A stretch of 64,000 nucleotides of DNA from Squalus acanthias. Lineage: Eukaryota. Location of the stretch: NCBI GenBank assembly GCA_030390025.1, contig CM059432.1:72170001-72234000 (forward strand), read 5' to 3'. The notes beneath the pieces are model-generated. The model searched no databases and was not told the origin of the DNA. It saw only the letters and a program-made list of their open reading frames with translations. The translations under genes and the position numbers were made by a program. Positions 38,110 through 52,400 of this stretch are shown here, piece after piece; position 1 is the first letter of the stretch; every line of letters begins with the position of its first letter.

Positions 38110-40340
38110 AGAATCACAGAAATTGCACACACAAAGGGGTACTTCAGCCCATTGTGCCTGTGCTGGTACTAGTTCTTCAACGAACTATCTAATCCTATTT
38201 CTCTGTATCCTGTTATATTCTTTATCCTATTGTATTATTTTTCAAATACTTATCCAACTCCCTTTTAAGTGGTCTCTACCTCAAATAGCCATTTGTGGTA
38301 AAGCGTTCAATGTTCTAATGAACCTCCATGAAAACATTTCTTTGAATTTCCCCCTTCATTCATTCTGATAATGCTGAGTGTATACCTAAATATTATTAAT
38401 TCGGCAACCAGTCTTTAAATATTTACCCTATCAAAACCTTTTGTTGTTTTGAAAACTTCTATTCGATCTCCTTTAACCTTCAGTGAAACCTCTTATTCCT
38501 GGTATCATTTCAATGAACCTTCACTGTATCTGTGCCATGCCATCACTGTTTTTTCTTGTAATGTGGTGCCCAGAGCTACATGATGTACTCCAACTGTTAC
38601 CTAACCAATGCCTTGTACAAATTCACTATGTTCTTGATTTTATATTCATTTCCTTAAAACACAAAATCCTATTTGCTCTTTCTGCCTGAACTCCTGTCTC
38701 TAAAGGTCTGTATAGTTGCATCCCTAAATCTGTCTGTTCCTCCACTCTGGTAAAAATCTTGCTGTTTAGGAGATGCATCCTTTGTTCTTTTGCTCAAGAT
38801 GGACTACGTCATATTTCTCCATTGATCTACTACCTTCCACTAAACTTTCTATAAACTCCTGTATTCTTGCTCACCATTTTCTATGCCACTTAATTTGATG
38901 TCTTCAGCAAGCTTTCTGCATTGTTACTCTTGCACTTATTCACAAATCAATTATATAAATGGAAAACAAAGTCTCAGCACAGATCTCTGGGCACACTGCT
39001 ATCCACATTCCACCAATCTGAAAAATATTATTTTGCTTTCTGTCCACTAAGCGCTTCTCTATCCATATGGCTACATTCTCTTTAATACCATCGCCTCAAT
39101 TTTTCAATAAGCTTCTGAAAATGCAGTTTTACGACATCATCTACATTCACTTTGTCTATGCATAATGTGATATCCTCAAAGTTCAATTAGATTAGTTAAG
39201 TATGACCTGTCCTTTAACAAATCCATACTTAATGCCCTGATTAGCCCATGTTTTTCTAAATGCTCCTTAATCTCTTCCTGAGTTATGGACTCTAGCAGTT
39301 TATATACAATCTAAGTAAGTCAAACTGCCCAACAATTTCTTGCTTTATCCCTTTCCCCCCATCTCTTATAGGAGTGAAATATTTGCCACCCTTAAGTCCT
39401 TAGCAATTTCTGCTTCCAAAGATTTTTGAGTAGTCATGATTAGTGCTACCATTATCTCCTCCGTAACCTCCCTCTGTATTCTGCATCTACTTTCAGTCTT
39501 ATCCAATAGAGTTCTGACTATGTATCTCCAGTAGTGTCTTTTCCACATCTTCCTCAGGAACTACTACAGTCCTATTTTTATATTCTTTTGTAAGAATTGA
39601 AGCTCAAATGAGCAATACTTTCCTTCCTTTCCTCTGAATTACAAGACAGCCCACTTTGTGGCCTTTTGTGACTATCCCTTTACTCGTGTTTTTAAAAACA
39701 CTTGCCATGTCTCTTTTTGGTGACTGCTAGTCTACTGGCTTTCATGTTTTTTTATTTTTGCTTCCTTTCTATACTTATGGTTTTCTTCCTCTCATAGTTA
39801 TGATCTGCCTTGTTTTTTACAAAACTTAATTTTTGCTCTAATCTCTCTACCCATGGAACCCCAGCCTTTTATCTTTTTACTCCTAGTCAGAATGTACCTA
39901 GTCCATCTTGTAATTAAATATTTGCCAATCCTTGCCTGCTGTTTGACCTGACATTTTTTCCAATCAATTAATCTGATTAGGTTCCCTTTCATCCAACTGA
40001 AATAAGCCATTTTCCAGTCCAGTACCTCGATCCTTGCTTGCCCTTTTTCTTTATCTATTTTCAGTGTGAACCTTCGTAGATTATATTCACTTTCCCAAGT
40101 GTTCTACCTACTTGTTCTGCTTCTTTACCTAGAATTAGATCTACCATTGCATCCCTTTTGTTGGGGACAATTAAGAGATTGATTAGGGAAACATTCTGGG
40201 GTGCATTCTAAGGACTCTATTTAGACCATATTTTTCTCAGTCCACCTTTAGAATACTGCAGACCTGTTAAATTGCTTACTATCCTCATCCTCAATTGATT
40301 TTCCACTATTCAGTGGTCTATAATGTACCCCTAATATGGG
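38110..40340 (-). mobile_element. old, heavily decayed CR1 LINE (endonuclease to 3' tail)
   Basis: Tail ATAGAATCACAGAAATTGCACACACAAAGGGG..TTCAGCCC; RVANI motif near 39380; ILGVHYRP-like reading near 40310-40340. Confidence 0.7.
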
Positions 40341-40344
40341 AATT

Positions 40345-41170
40345 CATAGAATCCTGGAATTTTATGGCACAGAACGAGGCCATTCAGCCCATTGCACCTG
40401 CATCAGCTCTCCGAGCTGTTGATTTCCCCTGTTCATTCCCCATAACAGTTTACATTTTTATTTTTCAAATGTTTACCCACTTCTATGAATTCTGCTTCCA
40501 CCATTGTTTCTTGTAGTACATTCTATGTCCAACAGCCCTCATCAAAGAAAAAAGTCTCCTAACCTCTCCCTTTGTTCTTTTGGTGATTTTAAATTTATTC
40601 CCTCTTGTTATGAGCTCACCAGCAGGTTGAAATAGTTTTTCCCAATTTATCAAAATGTGTCATCATTTTGAACGCCCCCTATTAATAAGTGATAAATTAA
40701 GAGGAAGTCTTCAGAAAGTCCACGCAAGATGCTGTGCTGTCTTCTGGAAATTTTAAGGTGGCACTGCTACAACTTAAAATTAGATCTCTTAATCTTCCTG
40801 TTCTAATGAAAAGAGGCCCAGTTTCTTTAATCTCTCCTCACAACTAAAGCCTCTCAGCTCTGGCATCATCTTAGTGAATCTCTTCTGCATCCTCTCTATG
40901 ACCTTGATATCCTTCCTAAAGTGAGGCACCTGAAACTGGACACAATACTATAACTGCGGCCTAACCAATGATTTGTATAATTTTGGCATTACCTCTTTGC
41001 TTTTGTACTCTACTATTTATGAAATCTAGTATCCCATATGCTTTTAGTTTTACAGCATTATCAACTTGTCCTGCCACTTTTAATGATTTGTGTATCTGAA
41101 TTCCTAGGGCTCGCTGCTTCGCTACTCCTTTTCAGGTTTTACCATTTAATGTGTATTTCCTCTTATTCTT
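40345..41170 (-). mobile_element. CR1 3' fragment
   Basis: Tail CACAGAACGAGGCCATTCAGCCC; reverse complement of the LVRPQ..YCVQF region at ~40930-40970. Confidence 0.75.
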
Positions 41171-41789
41171 CCTCCTGTGTAAGTATTCTGTATTCTTTGC
41201 CTATGCAGTGGCGGGTGAATTTGGTGTTTTTTTTCATTGGTGTGCAGTGAACATGAGTAGATATTCTTTTCTAGTGGAAAAACAAGATCATTAGGAGGCA
41301 ACAGGATAACTCTTGATGATCAGCTTTCCTACAGAAGTACAGTGTTGGAACTTCTGTCTGTGCCAAATTAAGAAAATGTTCAAAAGACAAAAGGTTGGCG
41401 TCAGATTTGGGAAATTATTTTTGGCATTCCTTCAATTTAGTGATTTCTTCACATGCTTGACAGACAAAATTAGCTCTGAAACACACTTCACCTAAGTGAA
41501 CCCTACTATATGTGAAGCATAGTAATCAAAAGACAGATGTATTTCTGAGAACTTGGTGGGTGGAATAAGTTTTCTTTTACTACGTCCAACAATAATACAA
41601 GTCTAAACTTTTCATGTTCTTCAGTATAATGTGAATGAAGACCTGTTCTTTTTGCTCTGTTTTGTTCTCATTGTGCTATTCAATATTCAGTGTATTTTTC
41701 TTTTGTCAAACATCAGTATTGAAAATAATGTGTTGAAGTCTTCCTCGCTTCATGGTGTCTCTTTTTCTTATTTCTTGGATCTCCCAATT

Positions 41790-43063
41790 ACCATCCCAGG
41801 TCAAGACAATGGATGAACTGCTTAAGGGTCTGGCAGTGATGTTAATGAAACTAGTTACTAGGAGATGCGGAACAGTAGCTGGAGTGACTTGTCTCTCAAG
41901 TGATATTTCCTTCCTCTATCTGGGGCTGCTCATCTCATGGCACAGTTAGGCAGAACACAACAGATGCAAATGATCTCTGAAACTCTCTCTAATGAGCCCA
42001 CTTGGTCTTTCTAGACGTTTGAAATGCTGTTTCATATCCCTATGGTATTTTCCACCAGAATTTGGTTGGAGGTATTGGTGTTGGGGATCCAGAGTGGCGA
42101 ATAATCAGGGGAAACAAGGGTATCTCTGGTCCTCCAAGAGCCATCTGTCCATTTGCCCTGCTCCTTCAAATAGTTGTGGCATCATCAACTCACAAAGTGA
42201 AAACATCATGGCTGTTGCTGGAATATCTTGCAGTCAATGTATTATTTTGAAACCACCTGCACCTTAATTGAAATTAATCTTTCTTGATTCATGTATGCCA
42301 CAGGATTGTTTGATGCCCTGATAGCAACATGGATGCCATCAATTACACCATGCGCTTTTGGGAACTCAGCCACCTGATGGAAGTGTTGGGCCCACTCCAA
42401 TTGATCTTTCCCTTTCTATTGGGAACGTGGGAAACGTGATGACACTGGAAAACATGTCTGCAATGGGCTGCTTGATGTATTGTGTACAGATGATTGACTA
42501 AACTGGCAAATGTCACCAGTTGGGCTGGAAAAGTGCTGGTACATAAAAGCTCAATGCAGAGTTGTCTACTATGCTGGATGTCGTCTGAAGGTCAGACTCC
42601 AGTAGATGGCACAGCTCAGTGACTGCCTCCCTGCTGAATTGTAGATTGTGAAGGCAGGCCTCTTCTGACATGTCCAAGTAGTAATGTCTGGGTCATATGG
42701 TGTAATTCTTGGGCTATTTGTGGATGGGTGTCGGGCACTTGCTGTGCAAGCAAACCTGCCTCTCCTCCCTCTGGTGGAATTTCTCTTCTAGAACCAGGAC
42801 ACCCATCAGCAGGCCTGATGGGATGTTCGTGGTCAGCACTGCTTGCAGCTGCATTGGAAAACTGGTGGCAGCAGGAATACAAACGTTCAGTTTATCAAAT
42901 CAAAAACAGCAAACAGAATGCAGGTCTCACAAATATGGCAACTTACTATTGAGTGGTAGAATTCAACAGCAAAACTGTTTGCAGTGCTCCCAATGCCTGT
43001 TTTATACAGGTGCACAGCTAATCGAGATCTGCACTGCAAAACAGCAAAGGAAATTTGGGCCCC
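41790..43063 (-). mobile_element. Harbinger transposase pseudogene (DDE core) with probable 5' TIR
   Basis: Minus strand: YLDMSEEACL..FSREAVTELCHLL (~42600-42700), GVIDGIHVAIRA (~42310-42350), ARYSSNSHD (~42205-42235), WLLEDQRYP (~42117-42150); end GGAAATTTGGGCCC. Confidence 0.82.
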
Positions 43064-44964
43064 AGTTTTAACCCAACCCACCCAGTGGGAAGGGGGTAGA
43101 TGAGAGGTTGAAATATAAAAAATTGACTTACTGCTGCTGGTCGCCATTTTAACTGTCCAACTGAAACAACGAAACAGGCAGATGCCTCAAATAAATGCAA
43201 ATCGGGGTCCCTGATACCATTTTAACTGGGCGACCAACCGGGCTGAATAAAAGCTGGTGGCACTGGCCTCAGAAACCCCCTGGAAGCAGTATTTAAAGGG
43301 GCACTCAACTGCAGGCACTCAAATCACGAGGATCTGTGTACTGTTGTCATTAGTGGATTTCCAAGGCAGTTCTGAGCTTGGAGATTGCTTCTTTGATTTT
43401 TTTTTAATCCCTTGCACATCTATCCTCTCTCCTATTTTTTTTTAAACTTCCTAAGGGGTTTTAGTAAGTGTCTAATCTGTATTCTGAAGTAACATTAAAT
43501 TAAATGTCTAGTATTACCAAATCTTAATCATATTATTTGAGAGAAAAGAAATAAGGCAGTGCAGTTCTAATTTTGTCATAGTCCTCAAAAGGTTAATCAC
43601 TTTTTGTTTTGATAGTATTTACGACATGTACAGCACAGAACTTGCAGAGAAATAACCGAGCTTTGAGGATAAATCCAGTAAAATGTCTTCATAACAGGAA
43701 ATCTGGACCTTTCCGGTGCATGCCCCTGTCTCTTATCAGGTTGTTTTTAGAATGATAGCAGCAAGCTCTGACCTCCTTGTCTGTGTATGTATCAAAATTG
43801 TTTATCCCAGGCTATTGCTCATTGTAAAAATATAGACACATCTGTAATTAAAGCTGTTTACAGTTTCCTGGGTCGATAGTAATCATAAAGTGAGTCTTGA
43901 CTGGATTTGTTGATGTTAGAACTATTTAGCCTCTTGTAAATTTGGAGAATCATTGATGAGGAATTTCATAATGTGCATGCAAAAAATCCCAAAGGACACC
44001 AAACACACCATCTGGAAGATTCACTGTGGTACAAATTTTTTATAATTACCTCATCATCAATGACTTTACAACCTTATAACTTCAAGTCTATTATTTTATG
44101 TCAACAGTATTGTATAATCAAAACCTCTTTTTACTTTATTTAGAGAATAGATGAAAATAATGAAGAAAAACGACCGGCTCGGTCTATTTCATTGCTTAGT
44201 AGAAAAAGGAACTCTGTACATCATCACACTAATTGTATTTTGCAGACACGAGTAAATTATTTTAAAGAAAACTTTATCCTCTTATATGTCTACTGAACAA
44301 CTGGAGATATTTCCTACAGATTATATCAACTATACAAGCACAGTACCAGGGCTTTCCTATTGGCTCCACTTGTACCTCCTAAAAAAACTATAAAATGTTG
44401 CATATGAAAGACATTTGGGAGAGGAGGCTAGTAACAAGGACAAAATGTGGTAGTGGTAGTAGACTTTTGCATATAACAGTCAGATTTTCAGTTCTTTTAG
44501 AGGCTAGGAATTTTGGTCTAGTAGTTTATTTCTGTGTAAGTGCCCTAAAGTTCTGGCTCTAAACTTTAATTGCCATTTGAAAATCCTGCTGCCTTTAGGG
44601 AGGAATTGTGAGATGAGATAGTGGTTACATCACCACTGCTCTAGCTGTCTCATGGCATGTAGGAGTTATGTGGGTTAGATTTCCAGTTAATGATGTGCTA
44701 CTTAACACCTTCTAAAAAGGAGTTTAATGATTACATGAATGAAGATTACAAGGATAAGTAGAAAGTGGATTTGATCAATTTTGTTGGTTAGATTGGCTCA
44801 AATAGACAGTCAGCTTCTGTTAACCAATCAAATGTCTGATCGACTAAATATGAATAAAGTAACAATGAGGAATGAGTAATAGAAAAACTGAGCAAAATAG
44901 CCCTCCATTTTTTCCAAAGCTATCAAACCTAACCAATCGAGTTATTCAAGTAATTTCTTCACAC

Positions 44965-46010
44965 TCTCTTTTTGACTGTCGTTTGCCTCCTTCCCTCAGA
45001 TGAACATATGCCAGCTCAACCTCTTCCAAACCAAAATCCTAATCCAGGCTTTTATCACCGCACAGCTGGACAATGTTCTTTATACCAGCCTTCCTACTTC
45101 TACCATTCACAAACTACATATTATCCAGGGTGCCATGACCTGTGTCCTTGCTTGTAACGAGGCCTGCATCCACTCAGCCCTCCTTACGTCCCCATCCCGG
45201 AGAATCAACTTTGTCACTTTGGCTCAGTTAGTAGCACTCTTGTTCTTGAATCCGAGGTTGTGATTTCACATACCCCAATATGGGCAGGTACTTCATCTAC
45301 ACTGATCTCTCCATGAAGTAACTAATTAGAACTTTATTATCCAAAATGCTGTATCAGATGAAACAGTAAACTAACATTAAAGCATGCATAGGTAGCTATT
45401 AAAAAGAAAAAAATGCACTATTCAAAGAAGAGCTGGGAGTTCTCAGTGTTGTGGCCACCATTCCTGCTTCAACCAACCCTGCCAAAAAGATATCTAGTCA
45501 TTCATTCATTTGTTGTCTGCGGGACCTTGCTGTGTGCAAATTGGCTCCTGTGTTTGGCTATATAAGAATAGTGGTTGCACTTCAAAAGTAATCTACTGGT
45601 TGTGAAACACTTGGGACATCCTGAGGACGTGTTGAGGTGCCATGTAAATGTAAATTATTTCCCTCTGTTAAGATTCTCCTTGCCTTCAAATCCCTCCATA
45701 GTCTCTCATTTCCTGACCTCAGTGATCAGTTCCAACTCTATATCCCTCTATGCACACCTTCTGGTTCTCTAACACCAGCCCCTATCACTTACTCACTGCT
45801 CCTTTTGGCATCTTCCTCTAGCACTCTCCTCCTCATGTTTGCCTTGCTACCTTGCTCTCTGCCTTCAAAAACCTCCATAAATCCACTCTTCCTGTGCCTT
45901 TGCCTCCTGTTGACCCTCTGCACTTTTTCGCCTTCACTAAATAATGTTCACTCACTGTCCACTGCCCTGAAAGGTGCATGGAGACCTCTCTCCGTATGTA
46001 ATGAATGCTC
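44965..46010 (+). mobile_element. decayed L2 3' region with a nested SacSINE1-like SINE (~45215-45660)
   Basis: ILIQAFITAQLDN peptide; SINE body GCACTATTCAAAGAAGAGCTGGGAGTTCTC..GGGACCTTGCTGTGTGCAAATTGGCT. Confidence 0.65.
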
Positions 46011-46399
46011 CAGAAAAATAAGTGATTATTGTATACAGCTCGGAATAACATTTATAACATAAGCGCACAAAAATAAATCTGGAAAGAAAATCATTAAACC
46101 TGTTCTCAAAATGTCTTATTTAACATTAGAAACATGGGCATGCGTGTAGCTCTGCACTTCTGTCATAACCCTAGGGCTTGAGTTAGAAAATTTGTCTTTG
46201 CCTAGGTGCGAATGGATAAATTCTGTGTGCGAGAGATTCATCATGGGAGTTGTAGTTTTCACCCTGCCTTGGAAACTGCAATACCCAGAGTACACCATGC
46301 CAACTATTACAGCCAGTTAGAAAAGCACTGAGGAGTTGAGCTTCTGTGGAGAAAATCTGTGTGCATTTGAGAGCTAGAGTTTTACTCTTGCTCTTCTGA

Positions 46400-49300
46400 A
46401 ACTTGAGTATCCAAGATGTTCTGTGATCCAGCCAGAACATGTATAAATAGCAACTATGATGTGTGTGTGTGGCAGAAAAAAAGAAAGTAAGATTTCCTTT
46501 TTTAACATCTTAGACAGTTTAGTGAGTAAAAATTCTAAGCTATTGGTGTTGTTTGAGTTGAACTTTTTTGACTTGCTGAGGGAGGCTTCATGTTTGTGCT
46601 GAGACCAGAGATGGATTTTCACAAGATGAGGACTGCTGGTATTACATCTGGATTCAACTAGGCATGGCCAGTGGCGAATGACCACCTGGTCACATGCTAG
46701 TCACCAGAACTTTGACCGTTAGAAAGGCCTCCCTGGACAGTCGTACATCAGTGACCAATCGCTTCAGCAAGGATTACAAATCCACATGGGAATTAAAGGG
46801 AAGAGAAAAATAGATCTTTTAGAATTGTGTCAATAACTGAGGAAAAGCAAGGATTTGGGGAAAGAAATATAAACCAATAAAGAATTAGCACCTTAAGGAA
46901 AGGTTGCAAATCCACACTGGAGAAATAGATCAAAAAATAGATATTTTATCACACAAATGACTGGAAAGAAGCGGTTTTAAGAAGAAAAGATAATTAGTTG
47001 CGAGTTTTGTACAATGATGGCTAAATAGTATACCAAATATATTAAGTAAAAACAAGATGCTGGAAATACACAGCACACCAGTCAGTATCTTATGAAGGAT
47101 TATGCATCTGAAAAGTTATAATCTGCAGATAGATTGACCTGTGTACTTGCAGCATTTTCTGTTTGTATTTCAGATTTTCAGCATTTGCAGCTTTTCTTTT
47201 AAACCAAACATTGAGTTTATCTTTCAATGAGTTAAATATGTAATATTTTTACCTCCAATCAGCCATGCGCTATATTGCATCAATAAATTTGCATTGCAGC
47301 AGTGGATGAACGACTGTTGTAAATGCAGTAAATATCTAAAACCACACTGCAGAAGGATTATCTATGAGGAACGCCATAGGTTGCAAGTTACCTTTGGCCA
47401 TTCTCAAACTCCAGTCTTTAAAAAGTGCTTTTCAGCAGTTACTGCACACCTATGTCTGTAGCATATTCACTTATATCTGTATCTAGACAACAGACTAGTC
47501 TGAGTTTCAATCTGAGAATCTGCCAAGCAGCCTGAAAACGATCTATACTTTCCAGCAGTTGGGATTTTGGTCAGTCAAGAAAATTAGCAAGCACACATTT
47601 CACAGAATCTTGTGTTTTAGGGGCACATTTTTGAACAGTCGGGTACAATTTGTTACTGCTCTGCTAGAGATTTGCAGTGCTGAAGTACCTAATATGTCAC
47701 TTTATAAGAAGGCATCTTTCTCACAACCCAGGTTTACCTTCAATTGTAGGGCTTGTGGAAGCTACCCGTTTTGTGGTTTCCAATGTACATCTAGTTATGA
47801 AGACCTTTCAGCTAAATTTACTTCAGCAATGGTCCACCCACCAACTTCCTGTTGCAGTGGTTCATGTGGACCGGACATCAGCGTTGGATCTTGGGTGGCA
47901 AACTCAGGGTAGTAATGTTCTGCTCGGGGATTCTCCTTCAGTTGCCTCCCTTCTATTGGGCTGGGGGCGGAAACGTCTCCTAGGGAAATGGGTGAAAGGA
48001 AACTGGACGTTTGGATGTTTCAATCACATGGCATTTCGGAGAGAATACAGGGTTTCCGCTGTTCATCTAGTGTTGACTTGTAGATAACGTTTTCCCTCTG
48101 GTTGGTGAGACCCTACTCTGTTCCAGGAAAATCCAACTCTCTGAGCTTACTATGCCAAGTGGTGCATGTTTGGGGAATGGTGTGTGTCTAGGTCCATTCT
48201 CTCTGCAATATGCAAGTTATAACTTAGAATATCTGCAGTGATTGAGCTGTGTCTAAAGCCCAGCTGTATTTTAGTACAGACCGCCATACCCTTCCATGAA
48301 CCGTTTTGCAGGCTTGCTGGGTTTTCATCCGTTCATGCCTAGTTTTATGCAAGCTATGTTGATCTCCCTTAGTTCCTAACTGGGACCTTAATTTAGTCCT
48401 TAATAGGTTTTGGATCTGCTGTTTGAAACTTTTCAACTGTGTGATTTATAGCTTCTTACTTGAAAGATGAGATTATTAGTAACACTAGTTTCAACCCATA
48501 GGGTTAGTGAGCTTGCAGGTTGTAGTTGTAGTTGGATTTAGCAAAAGGATACTGTAGTTCTTGGGACTCGAGCAGGATTTCTCCCATCTTAAGATCTCAA
48601 TTTCATTTAAGGTAGGAGAATGGTGTACATTCTTTCATCGTGCACTCTATCAATCAAATGAGAATTATAGGTTTCACTGTTAAATGCCACAGAGTACTTT
48701 GCTTTTATGTTTACTGAACTTGGGACTTTAGGAAGTCCTGGAGGTTATTTTTATTATGGAAAGAAGACCTTGGGTAACCCAATGATGGAGGAGGATATAG
48801 TAAAATAATGTACTCCACAGTACCATTAGTTAGTAAACATCCCAGAAATTTAGTTAAGTCTGTTTTACTCATTCCATTGCTACTTCTTGGGCTTCTTTTG
48901 TTTCTATTCATCGTGTCTGTAAGGCAGCTACATGGAGAACCACTCACACTATTTAAATTAGGCCAATGCTCAGAACAGTGTTTTGGCAGCAAGGATTGGG
49001 ATATCACAGGTAGAGCCTCCTTCCTCCTAAATTGGTACGACTTTGGTATGGCTCCTATGGTGTGTGAGGGATGCCTGAATACCAAAGGAAGTAAGATTAC
49101 CTATCTCATAGCATCTTCGTGATTCATCGAATGCCAACTTCCCACACACAACATGCTGGGGTGGTTGTTGTTTTAAGGTTAGGAAACTTTGAAGGAGCCC
49201 AATTATAGGAGAGTGTTGGTTAGAAGGAACTGCAAGTCCTGTAACCATTTGTATATCTGGAGCAAGGGGTCACAAGGCAGGCGATCGCAATAATGTCCAA

Positions 49301-49416
49301 CCAAAAAAAGATGTGATTTCCCCAATACCAATCAAGATTAAAAAGTTACTACAAGTGGTGAGGGATGCTATAATTCAAAGAATCACAAAGACCCTATAAA
49401 GTAGGTAATCTTACTT
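46400..49416 (+). mobile_element. DIRS1-type tyrosine-recombinase retrotransposon, decayed
   Basis: RT PVFKKCFSAVTAHL..IHLYLYLDNRLV (47410-47500); SIVGLVEATRFVV..LVMKTFQ and ASLLLGWG..VKGNW (RT/RNase H, ORF 47677-48087); recombinase PLVPNWDLNLVL (48366), RVSEL (~48500), SIATSWASFVSIHRVCKAATWRTTHT (48873); ICR/terminal inverted match 49089-49125 vs 49380-49416; 5' boundary uncertain. Confidence 0.85.
47047..47200. mobile_element. decayed Penelope pLTR remnant nested in DIRS
   Basis: AAAAACAAGATGCTGGAAATACACAG with downstream complement GCAGCATTTTCTGTTTGTATTTCAG; degenerate hammerhead-like TATGAAGGAT..ATCTGAAA. Confidence 0.55.
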
Positions 49417-50130
49417 TACAAAGACTACCCGTGTGTCTTCAGACGAAGATAACCATTTTGGAGTTTGTCAATAACCAATTTTATTGCTCCCAGCATCAAA
49501 CTGTTTTTTCCTTGCAACTGAGCATTTTGTTCATTGGTCTGTGAAACACCCCACTCCACACTAACCCTTCCAAATTAATGACATTTTATGGAGAATAATG
49601 TGCTGCGACATTGTAGTCTATGTTTCTATTTCGTACATGAGTAATCTTGTATGGTCTTCATGTACACCAGATGGATGGCCAACTACTAAGGTTTTTTGAT
49701 TATAAATGAAAGGTGGCACATAAGCCAACTACATATAATATTGTCACTCTCTAGTATTTTCCCACAAAGAAAAGCAAGGTTTGACTTTATTTTAATGTGT
49801 TTTCTTCTCCTAGAAGCTGAACAAATAATTCAGTGGTAGAAATAACAACTCCATTGAAAATACTGATTGAATCTGGGTTGAATTTCTATCTGTGTTTGCT
49901 GTTACACATGTTAAGAAGGATACAGAAGCCAAATTAAATCAGTTAATTGACATGTTGAAAAATATTTATCTTTGGTTTTTACAATAAAAATGTTAAATCC
50001 TCTCAAAAGTAACTTAATCTGCAAGTGTTGGTTCATGTAGGGAGGGAAACAGTTTTGCTGGGCTTTAGAGTTATAAATAATATCAAGAGTAAAAGAATAA
50101 AATCTTTAAGAAGTAAGAGAACTTACTTCT

Positions 50131-52340
50131 GGAATGCATCCTAGGTTATTGAAGGAAGTAAGGTTGAAAATTGCAGATGCTCTGGCCACAATCTTCCAAT
50201 CCTCCTTGGATATGGGGGTGGTGCCAGAGGACTGGAGGATTGCAAATATTACACCCCTGTTTGAAAAAGGAGAGAGGGATAAAGTCAGTCAGCCTAATGT
50301 CAGTGGTGGGGAAACTTTGAGACAATAATCCGGGACAAAATTAATTGACATTTGGAAAAGTATGGGGTAATCAATGAAAGTCCGCACTGATTTGTTAATG
50401 GCAAATTGTGTTTGACTAATTTGATTGAGTTCTTTGATGAAGAAACGGTGAGGGTTGATGTTGTGTATATGGACTTTCAAAAGGCGTTTGGTAAAGTACC
50501 ACAGAATAGACTTGTTAGCAAAGTTAAAGCCCATGGGATTAAAGGGACAGTGGCAGCATAGATATAAAATTGGTTCAAGGACAGAAAGCAGAGAGTAGTG
50601 GTGAACAGTTGTTTTTGGAAGGAAGTACACAGTGGTGTTCCCTAGGGGTCGGTATTAGGACCTCTGCTCTTTTTGATATATATTAATGACATGGATTGGG
50701 TATACAGGGCATAATTTCAAAGTTTGCAGATTATATGAAACTTGGAAATGTATTAAACAATGAGGAGGACAGTAACAGACTTCTGGCGAACATGGACAAA
50801 CTGGTGAAGTAGGCAGACATCTAGCAGATGAAATTTAATGCAAAGAAGTGTGAAGTGATGCATTTTGGTAGGAAGAATGAGGAGAGGTAACTAAATGGTA
50901 CAATTTTAAAAGGGGGTGCAAGAACAGAGAGACCTGGGCGTGCTTGTACACAAATATTTGAAGGTGGCAGGACAAGTAGAGAAGGCTATTAAAAAAGCAT
51001 ATGGGATTCTTAGCTTTATTAATGGGCCGGATTTTCCGACCGGAGGCTTCCTGCGTGAAGATGCCTCTGATCTGGAAAAATCTAAGAACTTACCTGCTGG
51101 CTCCGTAGGTCCCGACACTTCCGCTCCTGGGCCTCTCCTGGTCCGCGCGCGCAGAGGCCCAGGTATCCCAGGGGTGCAGGTAGTTCGCAAGCGTCCCTGG
51201 GATCACGTGGGCCATGGGGAACCAATCAAAGAAGGGAATCCCCCTTCACACTTTTGACAGGTCTCTCCACATAGACCTGTCAAAAGTATGAATGGGGATC
51301 CCTCAAAAAACACACAAACATTAAAAAAAAATTAAATCACATATTTAAAATTAGTAAAAGTTACATTAAATATTTTTTATAAACAAAATTGAAGTTTTTA
51401 ACAGGGCTAAAATTAAACTTTTTTTTTTAAAGTATTTTTAAATTATAAATGAGTGGGGGGGAAAAATTTATGTTTTTACTTTTTTAAACTCTTATGCTGG
51501 CAAAAGCAGGCCTTACGCCTGCTTTTACCAGGCGTAAGATTTTTAAAGGTTTTCAGCGGGCGGAGGTTCTGCAGAAAACGGAACTCTCTGCCCGCAGAGG
51601 CCCTTCTCCAGGGCAGGCGGATGATCTGTCAAGATTAACAGATCGGAAGTGCCAGTTTTCAGCGCATGCGCTTCGCATGCCTGAAACCGGCACTTGCAAG
51701 GCCTCTACGGGTGCAAACACACCCGTGGGAGTTGGAAAATACAGGCCATTAAGGTAGAGTACAAAAGCAAGGAAGTTATGCTAAACATTTATAAAACACT
51801 GGTTAGGCCTCACCAGCAATATTGTGTTCAAATTTGGGCACCACACTTTAGGAAGGATGTCAAGATCATGGAGAGAGTGCAGAAGAGATTTACTAGAATG
51901 GTACCAGGGATAAGGGACTTCAGTTATGTGGAGAGACTGGAGAAGCTTGGGTTGTTCCCCTTAGCGTAGAGAAGGTTAAGAGGAAATTTGATAGAGGTGT
52001 TCAAAATCATGAATGGGTTTCATACAGTAAATAAGGAGAAACTGTTTCCAGTGGCAGAAAGGTCGATAACCAGAGGAGACAGATTTAAGGTGATTGGAAA
52101 AAGAGCCAGAGGCGACACGAGGAAACATTTTCTTACACAGCGCATTGTTGTGATATGGAATGCACTGCCTGAAATGGTAACATTCAAAAGGGAATTGGAT
52201 AAATACTTGAAGGGAAAAAATTTACAGGGCTATGGGGAAAGAGCAGGGGAGTGTGATTAATTGGCTAGCTCTACCAAAGAGCCGGCACAGGCACGATGGG
52301 TCGAATGGCCTCCTTCTGTGCTGTATCATTCTAAGTATGA
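50131..52340 (+). mobile_element. CR1 LINE (RT to 3' tail), split by a MITE
   Basis: MHPRLLKEV..VPEDWRIANITPLF; YMDFQKAF; LVRPHQQYCVQIWAP; tail GGGTCGAATGGCCTCCTTCTGTGCTGTATCATTCTA. Confidence 0.93.
51024..51747. mobile_element. Harbinger-type MITE
   Basis: Imperfect TIRs GGGCCGGATTTTCCGAC / GTTGGAAAATACAGGCC (13/17 match); AAT and ATT flanks; CR1 resumes on both sides. Confidence 0.8.
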
Positions 52341-52400
52341 TAGCTTGTACTGGACTGGCAACACAGGTCGGGAATTTAGATCCACCATTGCAAGTAATGA

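Noticed and set aside
44144..44251. 108-nt stop-free segment between TTTATTTAG and GTAAAT (RIDENNEEKRPARS..)
   Set aside because: Weak donor and no recognisable homology; expected by chance in a long AT-rich intron
48711..49085. Minus-strand 124-aa ORF with RNKR (furin-like site), suggesting a viral envelope
   Set aside because: It is the antisense of the DIRS tyrosine-recombinase C-terminus on the + strand, and shows no fusion peptide or transmembrane pattern
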